A stretch of 54,970 nt of DNA from an uncultured Bacilli bacterium (GTDB taxonomy: Bacteria > Bacillota_I > Bacilli_A > RF39 > UBA660). Shown here piece by piece: positions 10,304-20,829 of this stretch. Every line of letters starts with the position of its first letter. The first letter of the stretch is position 1. The position numbers and the translations under genes are program-made. Location: positions 1 through 54,970 of the forward strand of contig CANQTE010000003.1 of assembly GCA_947626695.1 (NCBI GenBank). Reading direction: 5' to 3'. The notes below the pieces were generated by a model, which worked only from the letters and a program-made list of their open reading frames with translations, did not search any database and was not told the origin of the DNA.

Positions 10304-10425
10304 AAAGGAGTTGATACAAATGAGTAAAAAGAAGAAAGCGATTAAAGAATTAATAAACTGCATGATATTTGGACTAGCTTGGGCCATATTCTTTAGTTTA
10401 GGATTTTAGAAAGGGGGAGATAGAT

Positions 10426-10716
10426 ATGTTATTTAGAAAAACAAGAGAACTACAAAGCTTAGTAAATGCAAGTAGAAAAGCATTGACAGATGCAGAAAAA
10501 AAGATAGAAGATTTAAAACATTTAAGATTGCAAGAACAACATAACAATGAACTTATTTTAAAAGAAAATGCCAAATTAAAAGCAAGAATAGTAGATTTAG
10601 AAAACAACATAGAGCTTTTATATAACAATTTAAGTGCTAAAAATAAAGCATTAATTGAAGGCAATAAAAAAAGAAATAAAAAAAGAGCATTAGTAGGAGT
10701 TGGAAATCAAGACTAA
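10426..10716 (+). CDS. Hypothetical coiled-coil phage protein
   Basis: ORF with RBS. Confidence 0.6.
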   Translation: MLFRKTRELQSLVNASRKALTDAEKKIEDLKHLRLQEQHNNELILKENAKLKARIVDLENNIELLYNNLSAKNKALIEGNKKRNKKRALVGVGNQD

Positions 10717-10919
10717 TACTCTAATAATTCAATAAATATATGAACTCTATCTTTATTTTAGCATAAATAAATAATAAGTCAAGAGTTCAAGGAGGATTTA
10801 TGATAACAGATTATACAGTAACAGATTATTATAACGATTATGCATATGAAACTTATTATAGAAAATCGAAAGATTGGAATGAATATTATGAAAATATGGA
10901 AGAAGAGGAGGAAGAATAA

Positions 10920-11570
10920 ATGCCATTAAAACCTTATAACGATTTAAGAAAAGTAAATGTAAGTGAATGGGTAGAACAAAGAGATGGAGCTGACTATTTA
11001 AACTGGGCTAAAGTTGTAGATTTATTACATGAATATGGAGCAGAAAAAGTATATTTTGAACCAGTTGCAAATGAAAAAACAGGAAGTAGTTTATATATGA
11101 CAGAGCAAGAATTTAAAGACAGTAAAGGAAATGTAAACAGAGTGTATGAAACAGCAGTAAAGATTGTAATTGATGATTTAGAATTTATACAAAGAGGTCC
11201 TGTTACAAATGGAAGTAATCCTGTAAAAGATAATTCTATGTCTCAACAAAGATTATGGAATTGTCAAACTAGATTATTTGTAAAAGGTGTAGCAATAAGG
11301 ACAGGCTTGGGTTTTGATTTATGGCTTAAAGATGAATTAAAAACAGACAAAGAAAATTGGGAAGATGATTTATCTAAACATGATATTTTTAAAATAAAAG
11401 AAAGATGTCAACAAACTTATACGCAAAAATTAAAAGAAGGTTTATCAGTAAAAGAAATAGCCGAAAAGCTACATAAAACAGAAGATGAAGTAAAAGCATT
11501 ATTTAGTTATTTTGATACTTTAAGTAATTTTGAAAGAGATTTATCTAATATTGATACAAAGTCAAGATAG
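10920..11570 (+). CDS. Single-strand annealing protein (Sak/DUF1071-like)
   Basis: DYLNWA...RLFVKGVAIRTGLGFDLW; next to the exonuclease. Confidence 0.7.
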   Translation: MPLKPYNDLRKVNVSEWVEQRDGADYLNWAKVVDLLHEYGAEKVYFEPVANEKTGSSLYMTEQEFKDSKGNVNRVYETAVKIVIDDLEFIQRGPVTNGSNPVKDNSMSQQRLWNCQTRLFVKGVAIRTGLGFDLWLKDELKTDKENWEDDLSKHDIFKIKERCQQTYTQKLKEGLSVKEIAEKLHKTEDEVKALFSYFDTLSNFERDLSNIDTKSR

Positions 11571-12114
11571 AAGCTATTACATAGGTGCTTCTGATACAAG
11601 TATGGTTGTTGGAAATTGGAACACGAAAACATTTGATAATTGGTGGCTTGAAAAGTTAGGCTTATATAAAAACAATTTTTCATCTGAAGCGACCAAAGCA
11701 GGAAATAATTATGAACATAAGATTTTAATTGCCTTAAATATTCCAAATTTAAAATTAGATACACAAATTATTATAGATAGATTAAGAGTCAATTTAGACG
11801 GAGATACTGAAGATTGCATCTATGAAGTTAAAACTTATAAAAAAGGTAAAGAATTTAAAGTATCAAAACAATATTGGAGACAAGCTCAAGTTGAAATGTA
11901 TGCAAAAAAAGTGAATAAACTTTTCATAGTAGCCTACGCCTTAGAAGAAAACGATTATCAAAACTACTTTAATGAAATAGACTTAAAACGTATACAGCTA
12001 ATACCAATAGAATATGACGAAGAATTTATAGAAAATGAATATTTACCTAAACTAAATATTTTAACTGAATGTTTAAAGAAAGGAATTTTTCCATGCAAAC
12101 AACAGCAAAAATAA
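11551..12114 (+). CDS. YqaJ/lambda-exonuclease-like nuclease
   Basis: IGASD, GNNYE, NLDG, EVKT and QAQVEM motifs. Confidence 0.8.
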   Translation: MIQSQDRSYYIGASDTSMVVGNWNTKTFDNWWLEKLGLYKNNFSSEATKAGNNYEHKILIALNIPNLKLDTQIIIDRLRVNLDGDTEDCIYEVKTYKKGKEFKVSKQYWRQAQVEMYAKKVNKLFIVAYALEENDYQNYFNEIDLKRIQLIPIEYDEEFIENEYLPKLNILTECLKKGIFPCKQQQK

Positions 12115-12605
12115 CAGATGTAAATATAGATTTTGAAACAAGAAAACCAAAAATAAGCCTTTTATTAGATACAAATGAATTAGATACTGTTAGAGCATTA
12201 AAAAATGAAGACAAGCTAAATATAGACTTAAAAAAGTATAGAAAAAAGAGAAGTTTAAATTCAAATAATTATGCTTGGGAGCTAATAACACAAATAGCAA
12301 ATGTGATTAGAAGTAATAAGGAAGAAGTTTATTTGTTAATGCTTAAAAGATATGGGCAAAGCCAAATGATAAGTGTACTAAAAGAAATAGATGTAACTAA
12401 ATTTCTTAAATATTATGAAGAAGCAGGAGAAAGCACTTTAAATGGAAAAGTTTTTAAACACTATAAAGTCTATACAGGAAGTTCAGAGATGGACACAAAA
12501 GAAATGTCGATTTTAATAGATGGAATAGTATCGGAAGCAAAAGAATTAGGTATTGAAACAATGCCAGAAGGAGAATTAAAGAGTTTATTGGAGCAATGGC
12601 ACTAA
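12093..12605 (+). CDS. NinB-like recombination protein
   Basis: KRSLNSNNYAW and GSSEMDTKEMSILIDGIVSEAKELGI. Confidence 0.7.
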   Translation: MQTTAKITDVNIDFETRKPKISLLLDTNELDTVRALKNEDKLNIDLKKYRKKRSLNSNNYAWELITQIANVIRSNKEEVYLLMLKRYGQSQMISVLKEIDVTKFLKYYEEAGESTLNGKVFKHYKVYTGSSEMDTKEMSILIDGIVSEAKELGIETMPEGELKSLLEQWH

Positions 12606-12706
12606 TAGAAGAAAACTGCAAGTAAGGAATCCTTATTAACAAATAAATTTATATCTGCAGAATTAATTTAGTGCCATAAGCCCCCTTTAATGGAAACAGT
12701 TGATTA

Positions 12707-12988
12707 ATGAGTATAGATTATAGCGGTTTTGCATTTCCTAAAAATGCAAGAGTAAAAAATAAAAAACTAATAGATGACAAAAATCATATTTGCGAAAGAT
12801 GCGGTAAAAAGAATTGCTGGACAAATACACATCATATAAAAAGCAAAGGCTCAGGTGGAAACGATACAAAAGATAATTTAATTGAATTATGTGGAAATTG
12901 TCATAGATTAGTACATGATGGAATTATTGAAAAAGAAGAATTATTAAAAATTATAAAAAGGAGGAAACAAAAAAATGAAAATAAATGA
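12707..12988 (+). CDS. HNH endonuclease
   Basis: CERC...HHI...GG...NLIELCGNCH. Confidence 0.85.
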   Translation: MSIDYSGFAFPKNARVKNKKLIDDKNHICERCGKKNCWTNTHHIKSKGSGGNDTKDNLIELCGNCHRLVHDGIIEKEELLKIIKRRKQKNENK

Positions 12989-13229
12989 ACTTTTAAGTTG
13001 CAACTATGAAATACATCTTAAGCACAATAATGATGGCGGTAAAATTGAAATAAATGGTAATTCTATTAATTTATTAGTTGGAATATCTTTATTAGCTAGT
13101 CAATTAAAAGAATCAGGAATAAAAGCTGATGAAATAAAACATGCTGTTGAACTTGGATTACAAGATGAAAAAGAAATAGAAAGACAAGCTAAGCAAAATT
13201 TAAGAAAAATGTTTGATAAATTATTTTAA
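12975..13229 (+). CDS. Hypothetical phage protein
   Basis: ORF with GGAGG RBS. Confidence 0.6.
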   Translation: MKINELLSCNYEIHLKHNNDGGKIEINGNSINLLVGISLLASQLKESGIKADEIKHAVELGLQDEKEIERQAKQNLRKMFDKLF

Positions 13230-13285
13230 GCAACTAAGGGCAAACATAATAAAGTTTGCCCTTATACTTTGCGAGAGGAGAAACT

Positions 13286-13867
13286 ATGGAAGGGTGGATT
13301 CGCATATATAGAAAAATCCAAAACCATTGGCTTTGGAAACAGAAAAGAAAATTTAGCCAATTTGAAGCATGGATTTCTCTGCTATTTAAAGCAAATCATA
13401 AAGATACAAAAATAATGTTTGAAGGAAAAGTAATAGAATTAAAAAAAGGAAGTTTTATTACTTCTGAAGTTAAATTATCAGATGAATGGAATTGGAGTAG
13501 AGATACTGTAAGAAAATTTTTAAAAATATTACAAAAAGAAAAAATGATAAACAAAATTACCACAACAAAATATACAAGTATAAGCATTGAAAATTGGGAA
13601 TTATACCAATTTTCGCAACAACAAAATAGACAACAGAATAGACAACAGAGCATACAAGTCGTAGACAGCACTCTAGACACAGACAATAATGATAATAATA
13701 ATATTTATTATTTATCTTTATTTAATAAATATAAAGAGCAAATTTCTGGAAAAAAATTTTCAGAAAAAATAAAAGCAATAGGAGAGTGTAAAAAAGAAAA
13801 ACAATATAGTTTATTAAATTTAGAACAACAAGAAAAATTATTTATGGAATTAATGAGCTTGAAATAG
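13286..13867 (+). CDS. Phage replication initiator with internal iteron-like repeats
   Basis: EGWIRIYRKI...AWISLLFKANH...GSFITS...WNWSR N-terminal domain; TAGACAACA-type repeats at ~13616-13690. Confidence 0.8.
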   Translation: MEGWIRIYRKIQNHWLWKQKRKFSQFEAWISLLFKANHKDTKIMFEGKVIELKKGSFITSEVKLSDEWNWSRDTVRKFLKILQKEKMINKITTTKYTSISIENWELYQFSQQQNRQQNRQQSIQVVDSTLDTDNNDNNNIYYLSLFNKYKEQISGKKFSEKIKAIGECKKEKQYSLLNLEQQEKLFMELMSLK

Positions 13868-13881
13868 GAAGGTGAAAAGCA

Positions 13882-14337
13882 ATGAGCTTATATAATGCAT
13901 TATTTGGAATAAATGAAGAAATGCCAGTATTACTAGGTATGTTAGAAGTAAATACAGAATACTTTAGTAGATTTAGAGATGTAGAGCTTATGAAAGAAGG
14001 AACTATTATACGAGTATTTACGAGAACAGGTGGAGGTAATAGACAAGATTACAAAGAAAATTGGGAGCAGATTAGAAAGCATGAATTATACATTAAAGAC
14101 TATGATGATGAATTTGACAATACTTATGCTTACATAGAATTTAAAGTTCCAGATAAATATAAAGAGACAGCTAAGCACATGTTTAAAGGAGAACCAATAA
14201 GTTTTGAAGATAAGTTTAATAAAGAGCTTGAAGATATGAATAAACCAGGAACAGAAGCATATAAAAGAGCTGAAATAATAGCTAATAAAATTGTAAATGC
14301 CATTGATAGTGGAAACAATACAATAATTGGATTATAG
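13882..14337 (+). CDS. Hypothetical phage protein
   Basis: ORF with RBS. Confidence 0.65.
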   Translation: MSLYNALFGINEEMPVLLGMLEVNTEYFSRFRDVELMKEGTIIRVFTRTGGGNRQDYKENWEQIRKHELYIKDYDDEFDNTYAYIEFKVPDKYKETAKHMFKGEPISFEDKFNKELEDMNKPGTEAYKRAEIIANKIVNAIDSGNNTIIGL

Positions 14338-14671
14338 AGGTGATGAACAAATGAAATTATATAAATTAATAAGATTAGAGAAAATTGTAGAAAAAATATT
14401 ACAAAAAGAACCACTAGCAAGAGAAGATGATTGTTACTTGATATTAAAGGTTGTACAGAAGTTATTCCCAGAAGATTATAGTAAGCCATTTTACAAGGTA
14501 ATGACAGAGGCAAAATATAAAGGAATAAGCTTTGAATCAATAACAAGGGCAAGACGTAAAGTACAAAAAAAGCATCCAGAATTAGTACATGCAGAAACAG
14601 AAGAAGCAAGACAAGCAGAGCAAATAGAATATATAGAATATGCAAATGAAAAGCATATTCCAGGATATTAG
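14327..14671 (+). CDS. Hypothetical phage protein
   Basis: ORF in operon; ESITRARRKVQ motif. Confidence 0.6.
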   Translation: MDYRGDEQMKLYKLIRLEKIVEKILQKEPLAREDDCYLILKVVQKLFPEDYSKPFYKVMTEAKYKGISFESITRARRKVQKKHPELVHAETEEARQAEQIEYIEYANEKHIPGY

Positions 14672-14680
14672 GAGGAAGTT

Positions 14681-14926
14681 ATGTTAAAGATAAAAGACAA
14701 TGTCGATTTAAAAGAATTAGAAAAGTTTGGATTTGAAAAGAAGATTAAATATTATAGATTTGAAAATATAGCAGTTGAAATTAATACGAGATATTTTTTA
14801 ATTCAAGCAATAAATATAAATCAATATGGTGGCTTTAGGGCAATAGATAATAAAAATAGTTCAATGATACACATAAATACTAAAATATATGACTTAATAA
14901 AAGCAGATTTAGTAGAAAAAATATAG
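14681..14926 (+). CDS. Hypothetical phage protein
   Basis: AGGAGG RBS. Confidence 0.6.
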   Translation: MLKIKDNVDLKELEKFGFEKKIKYYRFENIAVEINTRYFLIQAININQYGGFRAIDNKNSSMIHINTKIYDLIKADLVEKI

Positions 14927-14938
14927 GAGGAAGTTAAA

Positions 14939-15202
14939 GTGATAATAGTTAGTCAAGATAAATTAAGAATAAGTGAAAATATGGAAATAGGAGTTTATCC
15001 AGAATATAAAGATAAAAATGATGAAGAAATAATAGGTTATAAAATTGAAAACGATTATACATATTTAGGTACATATAAAACAGAAGAAAGGGCAAAAGAA
15101 GTATTAGAAGAAATAATAGAAAGATATACAAATTGGGAAAATCTTAAAGTAGGACAACCTAGTGGAATTTGTAGTCCAAGATATGAAATGCCAGAGGAAT
15201 AG
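14939..15202 (+). CDS. Hypothetical phage protein
   Basis: AGGAGG RBS; LGTYKTEERAKEVL. Confidence 0.6.
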   Translation: MIIVSQDKLRISENMEIGVYPEYKDKNDEEIIGYKIENDYTYLGTYKTEERAKEVLEEIIERYTNWENLKVGQPSGICSPRYEMPEE

Positions 15203-15372
15203 CCTATGTTAATAGATAAATGTAAGAGAGCAATAGAAAGTGGAAAGTGCTTAGGATGTACTGCTTTAGAAGACAAGAGCTTTATAGGAAACCCAAATTG
15301 TAAGTTTGGACAAGTACCTACAGCACAAGAAAGTATAAATAAAATATGGAGCAATTTAAGAGGTGATAAAAA

Positions 15373-15573
15373 GTGAAAAATGAGACTAGAATACCAGAGA
15401 TGACAGAGGAGAGAATAATAAATTGTTGGAAAATGGGTTATACAATACAACAGTTAGTAAAAGATTATGTGAAAAACAAAAAGCAAAATGGAATTAAAAT
15501 AAAGCAAATAGATGCACAAAGACACATAGAACCGATAATATTCAAATATCAAACAAATTTGTTTAAAAGTTAG
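15373..15573 (+). CDS. Hypothetical phage protein
   Basis: GAGG RBS. Confidence 0.5.
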   Translation: MKNETRIPEMTEERIINCWKMGYTIQQLVKDYVKNKKQNGIKIKQIDAQRHIEPIIFKYQTNLFKS

Positions 15574-15669
15574 GAGATAAAAGTGAAATATAAATTTGAA
15601 ATACATAAAAGACTAATGGGCTTAAACGAATATACAAAGAATTAATAGAAATACAGGAGAGAATGAATT

Positions 15670-16005
15670 ATGAACAAATATAGAAATAATAAAGTACAAA
15701 TAGATAGATATGTTTTTGATAGTCAACTAGAAGGTCGCAGGTATAGAGAGTTAGCTTTATTAGAAAAAGCTGGAGAAATTAAAAACTTAAGATTACAAGT
15801 TCCATTTTTATTACAAGACAGTTTTAAAAAGAATGGTAAAACATATAGAAAAATAGAATACATAGTAGATTTTGTTTATGAAGAAAAAGGACAAACTATT
15901 GTGGAAGATACAAAAGGAATGAAAACAGATGTATTTAAAATCAAGCAAAAATTATTTGAATATAAATATCCTAATTTAACTTTAAAAGTAATAACAAAGG
16001 AGTAG
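15670..16005 (+). CDS. DUF1064-family putative nuclease
   Basis: NKYRN...FDSQLEGRRY...LQVPF...YIVDFVY...VEDTKG. Confidence 0.85.
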   Translation: MNKYRNNKVQIDRYVFDSQLEGRRYRELALLEKAGEIKNLRLQVPFLLQDSFKKNGKTYRKIEYIVDFVYEEKGQTIVEDTKGMKTDVFKIKQKLFEYKYPNLTLKVITKE

Positions 16006-16010
16006 AAGTA

Positions 16011-16328
16011 ATGTTAGTATTACCAATTAAAAAGAAATGGTTTGATATGATCAAATCTGGAGAAAAGAAAGAAGAATATAGAGAACTGAAATCATACTAT
16101 ATAAGCAGATTTAGAGCATATAAGCCAAGAAGTACGAATTTCAGTAAAGAAAAAATATATCCTGAATTTATAATTATTTTTAGAAATGGCTATAAACATA
16201 ATTCTCCATCTTTAAAATGTAAATGTCAATTAAAAATAGGACAAGGCAAAGAAGAATGGGGAGCAGAGCTAGGAAAAGAATATTATATATTGGAGATTTT
16301 GGAGGTACAAGATGCAGACAAAATGTAA
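16011..16328 (+). CDS. ASCH-domain protein
   Basis: LPIKKKWFDMIKSGEKKEEYRE...FRNGY. Confidence 0.8.
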   Translation: MLVLPIKKKWFDMIKSGEKKEEYRELKSYYISRFRAYKPRSTNFSKEKIYPEFIIIFRNGYKHNSPSLKCKCQLKIGQGKEEWGAELGKEYYILEILEVQDADKM

Positions 16329-16678
16329 TAAGTGTAATAGTAATAAATTATTTGTAGAAATACAAGGAAATAGAAGAGGATTATATTGTGGCGAATGTGG
16401 TAAGTGGCAAAAATGGATAACGAAACAAGAATTACAAATTGCAAAGTTTAATGAAATTAAAATAATAGAGAAATAGATAAAGGAGCTAGGGTGGAATGAG
16501 TAATATATTTAAGGGATTATCAATAATTCTAGATGTTTTTATTATATTAAAAAGTTTAGAAAATATAAAAAAAGAATTTTTATTTATACCTTATAAATGG
16601 AAAAATAAATATTCAATTATATTATTAGTTTTATCAATTTTATTTTTTATAATAGGTAAAATTTTGGAGGTGTATTAG

Positions 16679-17005
16679 ATGTTAAGTAAAGAAGAAATAG
16701 AAAAAGCAAAAGAAGGTATAAATGTTTATATTCACGATTGGTTAGATAATTCTACAGACGAAGATGGTTATGAAATAAATTCAATAGATGATGATAGTAT
16801 GGCTTTTATAAATAATATAAAAACATTTTTACAATATATACAAGAACTAGAAGAAATTAGAGGAATGAAAGAAGCAATAGAGTTAGCTGGAATGGACATT
16901 AAAGATTTGGTAAAGTTCAAGTACGAGAATGAAAGATTAAAAAACAAAGCAAACCAACTAGAACAAGAAAATGAAGAATTAAAAAAAGGGATAAAAAGGA
17001 GCTAG
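16679..17005 (+). CDS. Hypothetical phage protein
   Basis: N-terminus MLSKEEIEKAKE shared with the gene at 17483. Confidence 0.6.
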   Translation: MLSKEEIEKAKEGINVYIHDWLDNSTDEDGYEINSIDDDSMAFINNIKTFLQYIQELEEIRGMKEAIELAGMDIKDLVKFKYENERLKNKANQLEQENEELKKGIKRS

Positions 17006-17011
17006 GTTGGA

Positions 17012-17471
17012 ATGAATAAATCAATATTAGACGTTTGTTGCGGAAGCAAAATGTTTTGGTTTGATAAAAATAATCCTAAAGCAATATTTATGGATAACAG
17101 ACAAACAGAAGATATATTATGTGATGGTCGCAAATTAGAAATAAAACCAGATATATTAGCTGATTTTAGAAATATACCATTTCCAGACAATAGTTTTTAT
17201 CTAGTAGTATTTGATCCTCCTCATTTATTAAAACTTGGAGAAACATCATATATGGCCAAGAAATATGGAAAATTAACAAATAATTGGCCACAAGATATAA
17301 AAAAAGGGTTTAATGAATGTATGAGAGTATTAAAACCAAATGGAACTTTGATTTTTAAATGGAATGAACAACAAATAAGATTAAAAGAAATATTAGATAA
17401 TATAGATTATAAACCACTATTTCGGAAATAGAAGGGATAAAACACATTGGTTAGTATTTATGAAAGAATAG
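17012..17471 (+). CDS. SAM-dependent methyltransferase, restored by skipping the C of CGG at 17423 (152 aa)
   Basis: ILDVCCGSKMFWF, VVFDPPH; +1 frame gives C-terminus KPLF-GNRRDKTHWLVFMKE*. Confidence 0.8.
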
Positions 17472-17482
17472 AGGTGTATGAG

Positions 17483-17935
17483 ATGTTAAGTAAAGAAGAA
17501 ATAGAAAAAGCAAAAGAAAAATTAAAAAATTTGCACCCTAGAAAATATTGGCAAAGACCAGATACATTTACATACGAATTAAAACCCGATATAGAATTAA
17601 CACAAGCAATAGAAACACTTTTACAATACATAGAACAACTAGAACAATATTTAGAAAGAATATCAAAGCAATTAGACAATGTAGCAATAGACCAAATACC
17701 AATAGGAATTGCTGAATTACAATTTAAATATAAAAGCATAGAACAAGAAAATAATAAACAAAATAAAATAATAGATGAAATGTTGATTTTTTTATCACGA
17801 CAAGATTTAGGTTATTATAACAGAAAAAGTTTTTGTAAACCATATAAACCATACAATAAAGAAGATTGGAAACAATATTTTGAAGAGAAAGTAGGAGGAG
17901 AAAATGAAATTAGGGAATGGAAAGATAAAATTTAA
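17483..17935 (+). CDS. Hypothetical phage protein
   Basis: GAGG RBS, ATG at 17483. Confidence 0.6.
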   Translation: MLSKEEIEKAKEKLKNLHPRKYWQRPDTFTYELKPDIELTQAIETLLQYIEQLEQYLERISKQLDNVAIDQIPIGIAELQFKYKSIEQENNKQNKIIDEMLIFLSRQDLGYYNRKSFCKPYKPYNKEDWKQYFEEKVGGENEIREWKDKI

Positions 17936-18125
17936 GTTTAAATTTGTATATAAATTAACAGGTAGAGTAGCTATTAAATATGTTTATGCTGATACATTAG
18001 AAGAAGCAAAAGCATTGTTTAGCAAAGAGTATTCAGATTGTTTAGATGTAAAAATTTTAGATATATTCATAATGCAGGATGCAAAAGTAATTGAAAGAAT
18101 TGAAAAGAAAGTAGAGGAAGAATAA
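17904..18125 (+). CDS. Hypothetical phage protein
   Basis: AGGAGG RBS. Confidence 0.55.
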   Translation: MKLGNGKIKFKFKFVYKLTGRVAIKYVYADTLEEAKALFSKEYSDCLDVKILDIFIMQDAKVIERIEKKVEEE

Positions 18126-18371
18126 ATGAATTATAGATTATATTTTGACGCAATAAAATGTGATAAATGGTGTTGTAATTTTATAAAGGCTTGTGATTTA
18201 GGAATAGAAGCTTATGGAGTACCTATAACAATATCGTTTACAACTTCAACTGAACCAACGGATGAATATATAAATAAAATGATACAGCAATTACAAAAAA
18301 CCAAAGAAGAAAAGAGTTTAAAAGTTTATTATGCAAATATTAAATTGAATAGAATTGAGGTAATTAAATAA
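18126..18371 (+). CDS. Hypothetical phage protein
   Basis: Abuts the upstream stop. Confidence 0.55.
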   Translation: MNYRLYFDAIKCDKWCCNFIKACDLGIEAYGVPITISFTTSTEPTDEYINKMIQQLQKTKEEKSLKVYYANIKLNRIEVIK

Positions 18372-18475
18372 ATGGATAATTATTATATAGCAAGTCTAGA
18401 AAGAGTATTTGGAAATTACAATAAAGAATATAAAACAATATTAACAAATACTACAAAGAAAGTAGAGGAAAAGTA

Positions 18476-18676
18476 ATGTGTGAATATTGTGAAAATGATA
18501 AAAGAAAAAAAAGAAAGTTTATATTTAATAGTCCTATATTATCTATACGAATTATTAATAAAAATGGATTAAATACTTTTGAAGTTTTGAGTGTAAATAG
18601 AGAAAATAAAATAGTAGAAAGTTATCAGACAATTAATTATTGTCCAATCTGTGGAAGAAAGTTAGAGGAAAAGTAA
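18476..18676 (+). CDS. Small Zn-ribbon phage protein
   Basis: MCEYC...INYCPICGRKL. Confidence 0.65.
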   Translation: MCEYCENDKRKKRKFIFNSPILSIRIINKNGLNTFEVLSVNRENKIVESYQTINYCPICGRKLEEK

Positions 18677-18678
18677 AT

Positions 18679-19113
18679 ATGTCTATAAAGAATTACACAA
18701 CAACAGTTAAAGTAGAAAAAACAATAAATGAAATACAAAAAATATTAGCTGAACATAAAGCAAAAGCGATATTAACAGAATATGGAGAGACAGGTTGTAT
18801 TACTGCATTAAGTTTTAAAATAGAAGTTCCTCAAGGAATAATTGGAATCAAATTACCTGTTAATCAAGATAGTGTATTAAAAATATTAAGAATGCAAAAA
18901 ATAAAAAATAATGCAATTAAAGCTACAAATGAGCAAGCAGAAAGAACAGCATGGAGAAATATTAAAGATTGGATAGATGCACAAATGGCTCTAATAGAAA
19001 CAGAAATGGTAACTATTGATGAAGTGTTTTTGCCATATATATTAGATAAGAATGGAAAAACATTATATGAGAGTTTTAAGCAAAATCAATTATTATTAGA
19101 GGAGGAAAATTAA
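18679..19113 (+). CDS. Hypothetical phage protein
   Basis: QAERTAWRNIKDWIDAQMA...EVFLPY. Confidence 0.65.
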   Translation: MSIKNYTTTVKVEKTINEIQKILAEHKAKAILTEYGETGCITALSFKIEVPQGIIGIKLPVNQDSVLKILRMQKIKNNAIKATNEQAERTAWRNIKDWIDAQMALIETEMVTIDEVFLPYILDKNGKTLYESFKQNQLLLEEEN

Positions 19114-19508
19114 ATGAATATACAAATAGGAGATAGAATTACATATAAAAGTGCAAATGATGAAGAAAGACAAGTAATAATGACAAATTTAGAACAGATA
19201 GATAGATATAAGGATAGTGGCTTAATAATAAAAATAGAACGACAAAAATATGAAGTAGTAGAAGAAAAGAAAGAATTATTAACAGAAGAAGAAAGAGAAT
19301 TTTTGAAACAATATATAAAAATGTCTCCACTTAATATTAACTATATAAAAAAGAATTTAATACTGCTTTAAATAGTGAATCAATTATGATAATACTTAAT
19401 GATGGACAAGGTACAGGATTTTGTTCTTACTATAATACGGATTATTTTAAAAATTTAGAAAAAAATAAAAAATATACACTAGAAGAACTAGGATTGAAGG
19501 AAAACTAA
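19114..19508 (+). CDS. Hypothetical phage protein, broken at A-AAA-AAG (19347-19353)
   Basis: 0 frame stops at 19371; -1 frame continues to ...KKYTLEELGLKEN* at 19508. Confidence 0.5.
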
Positions 19509-19584
19509 ATGGAACAAGATTTAGATATTGAATATACATATTAAGATAAAAGTAAATGATTTTAAGTAGGAGGAAAAAGAAAAT

Positions 19585-19809
19585 ATGAGAGTGCCAGAGA
19601 AAATAAAGAAAGCAATAAGAGATTGTGCAGAAGCTGAAAACAAAGCAAAAATGAATGAAAAAATAGTTATAAAATGGATGGAAACAATGAAATTAACAGA
19701 AGATACTTGTACAGATATATTGAGAAATATGGATGATGCTTTTATAGATTATTGTAAAATGACTAATAATCCTGATGAATTTATTGAAGTTATAGAAAAT
19801 TTAAGATAA
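19585..19809 (+). CDS. Hypothetical phage protein
   Basis: AGGAGG RBS. Confidence 0.55.
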   Translation: MRVPEKIKKAIRDCAEAENKAKMNEKIVIKWMETMKLTEDTCTDILRNMDDAFIDYCKMTNNPDEFIEVIENLR

Positions 19810-20089
19810 GGAGGAAATATGAACAAAATAAAATTAAGATAGAAGAATTGCAAGAACAAGAGAAAAAATTAGAAAAAGAAAGAATAGAATATTTGGAAGT
19901 AGATAATAATCGTGCTGCTAAGAGAAAAGAAAAAGAATTAGATAAAGTTAGAAACTTAATAAAACTCGCAGAAATGGGAAGTATGTTAGAGCTAAAAAAA
20001 GATTTAGATATTTATAAAAAATTTATTAAATATAAAGGCATGCAAGGTGAATTTGAATTATTTCATAGTAAGGCTGGATTGGAGGAACT

Positions 20090-20380
20090 ATGAGCGAAGA
20101 TAAAAAATTAGAAGATGCAAAGTTTGAATTGCTTTGGCTTTCACATATTGATATATTATATGGAAACACTTATTGTATGACTATAGGACAATTAAATAAA
20201 ATTCAAGAGGCTATTGACAAAGTATTAGAAACATTAGAAAATTCAATACCTAAAGAAATAATTAGAGAAAAAATTAATGAAAGACAATTTGAACTCCAAC
20301 AACAAGATAAAGATTTTAAAGATGATATAAGATTAAATACTTTACAAGAAATATATTATTTGAATGAAAGTGAGAAATAA
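20090..20380 (+). CDS. Hypothetical phage protein
   Basis: GGAGG RBS; NSIPK motif shared with the next gene. Confidence 0.55.
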   Translation: MSEDKKLEDAKFELLWLSHIDILYGNTYCMTIGQLNKIQEAIDKVLETLENSIPKEIIREKINERQFELQQQDKDFKDDIRLNTLQEIYYLNESEK

Positions 20381-20633
20381 AATGGACTTAGAAAAAGCGA
20401 TTAAAAAATGTACTGCTATAGTAACTACAAAATTTAATAATGATTATTCAATAGATAGTGTAGATAAAGAAGCAATAGAAACAGTATTACAAACATTAGG
20501 CAATTCAGTACCTAAAAAGAAAATAGAAATTGTAAAAGAGGAATTAGAGAAAATGAAAAAACGATATATGAATTGTATAAATTCAGTACAATATGCAATA
20601 GATATTTTACAAGAACTATTGAGGGATAAATAA
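20364..20633 (+). CDS. Hypothetical phage protein
   Basis: EAIETVLQTLGNSVPKKKI. Confidence 0.55.
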   Translation: MKVRNKMDLEKAIKKCTAIVTTKFNNDYSIDSVDKEAIETVLQTLGNSVPKKKIEIVKEELEKMKKRYMNCINSVQYAIDILQELLRDK

Positions 20634-20829
20634 CAAAGGAGGAGTACAAATGCCAGAAAAAGAACAACAATATAGAAAAGTAAATAATGAATATACAAAT
20701 TTCTCATATATGTTTTATGAAAGTATGAGAGATAATGGACAATATGATAAACCAGATGTAAATAAACAAATTACAAAGCTTATTAAAGAATTAACTACAT
20801 TAAGAAAAATGAAATAGGAGGTACTGCTT

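Noticed and set aside
15583-15669. Short ORF MKYKFEIHKRLMGLNEYTKN as another CGG recoding site
   Set aside because: It contains no CGG and looks like a truncated gene remnant.
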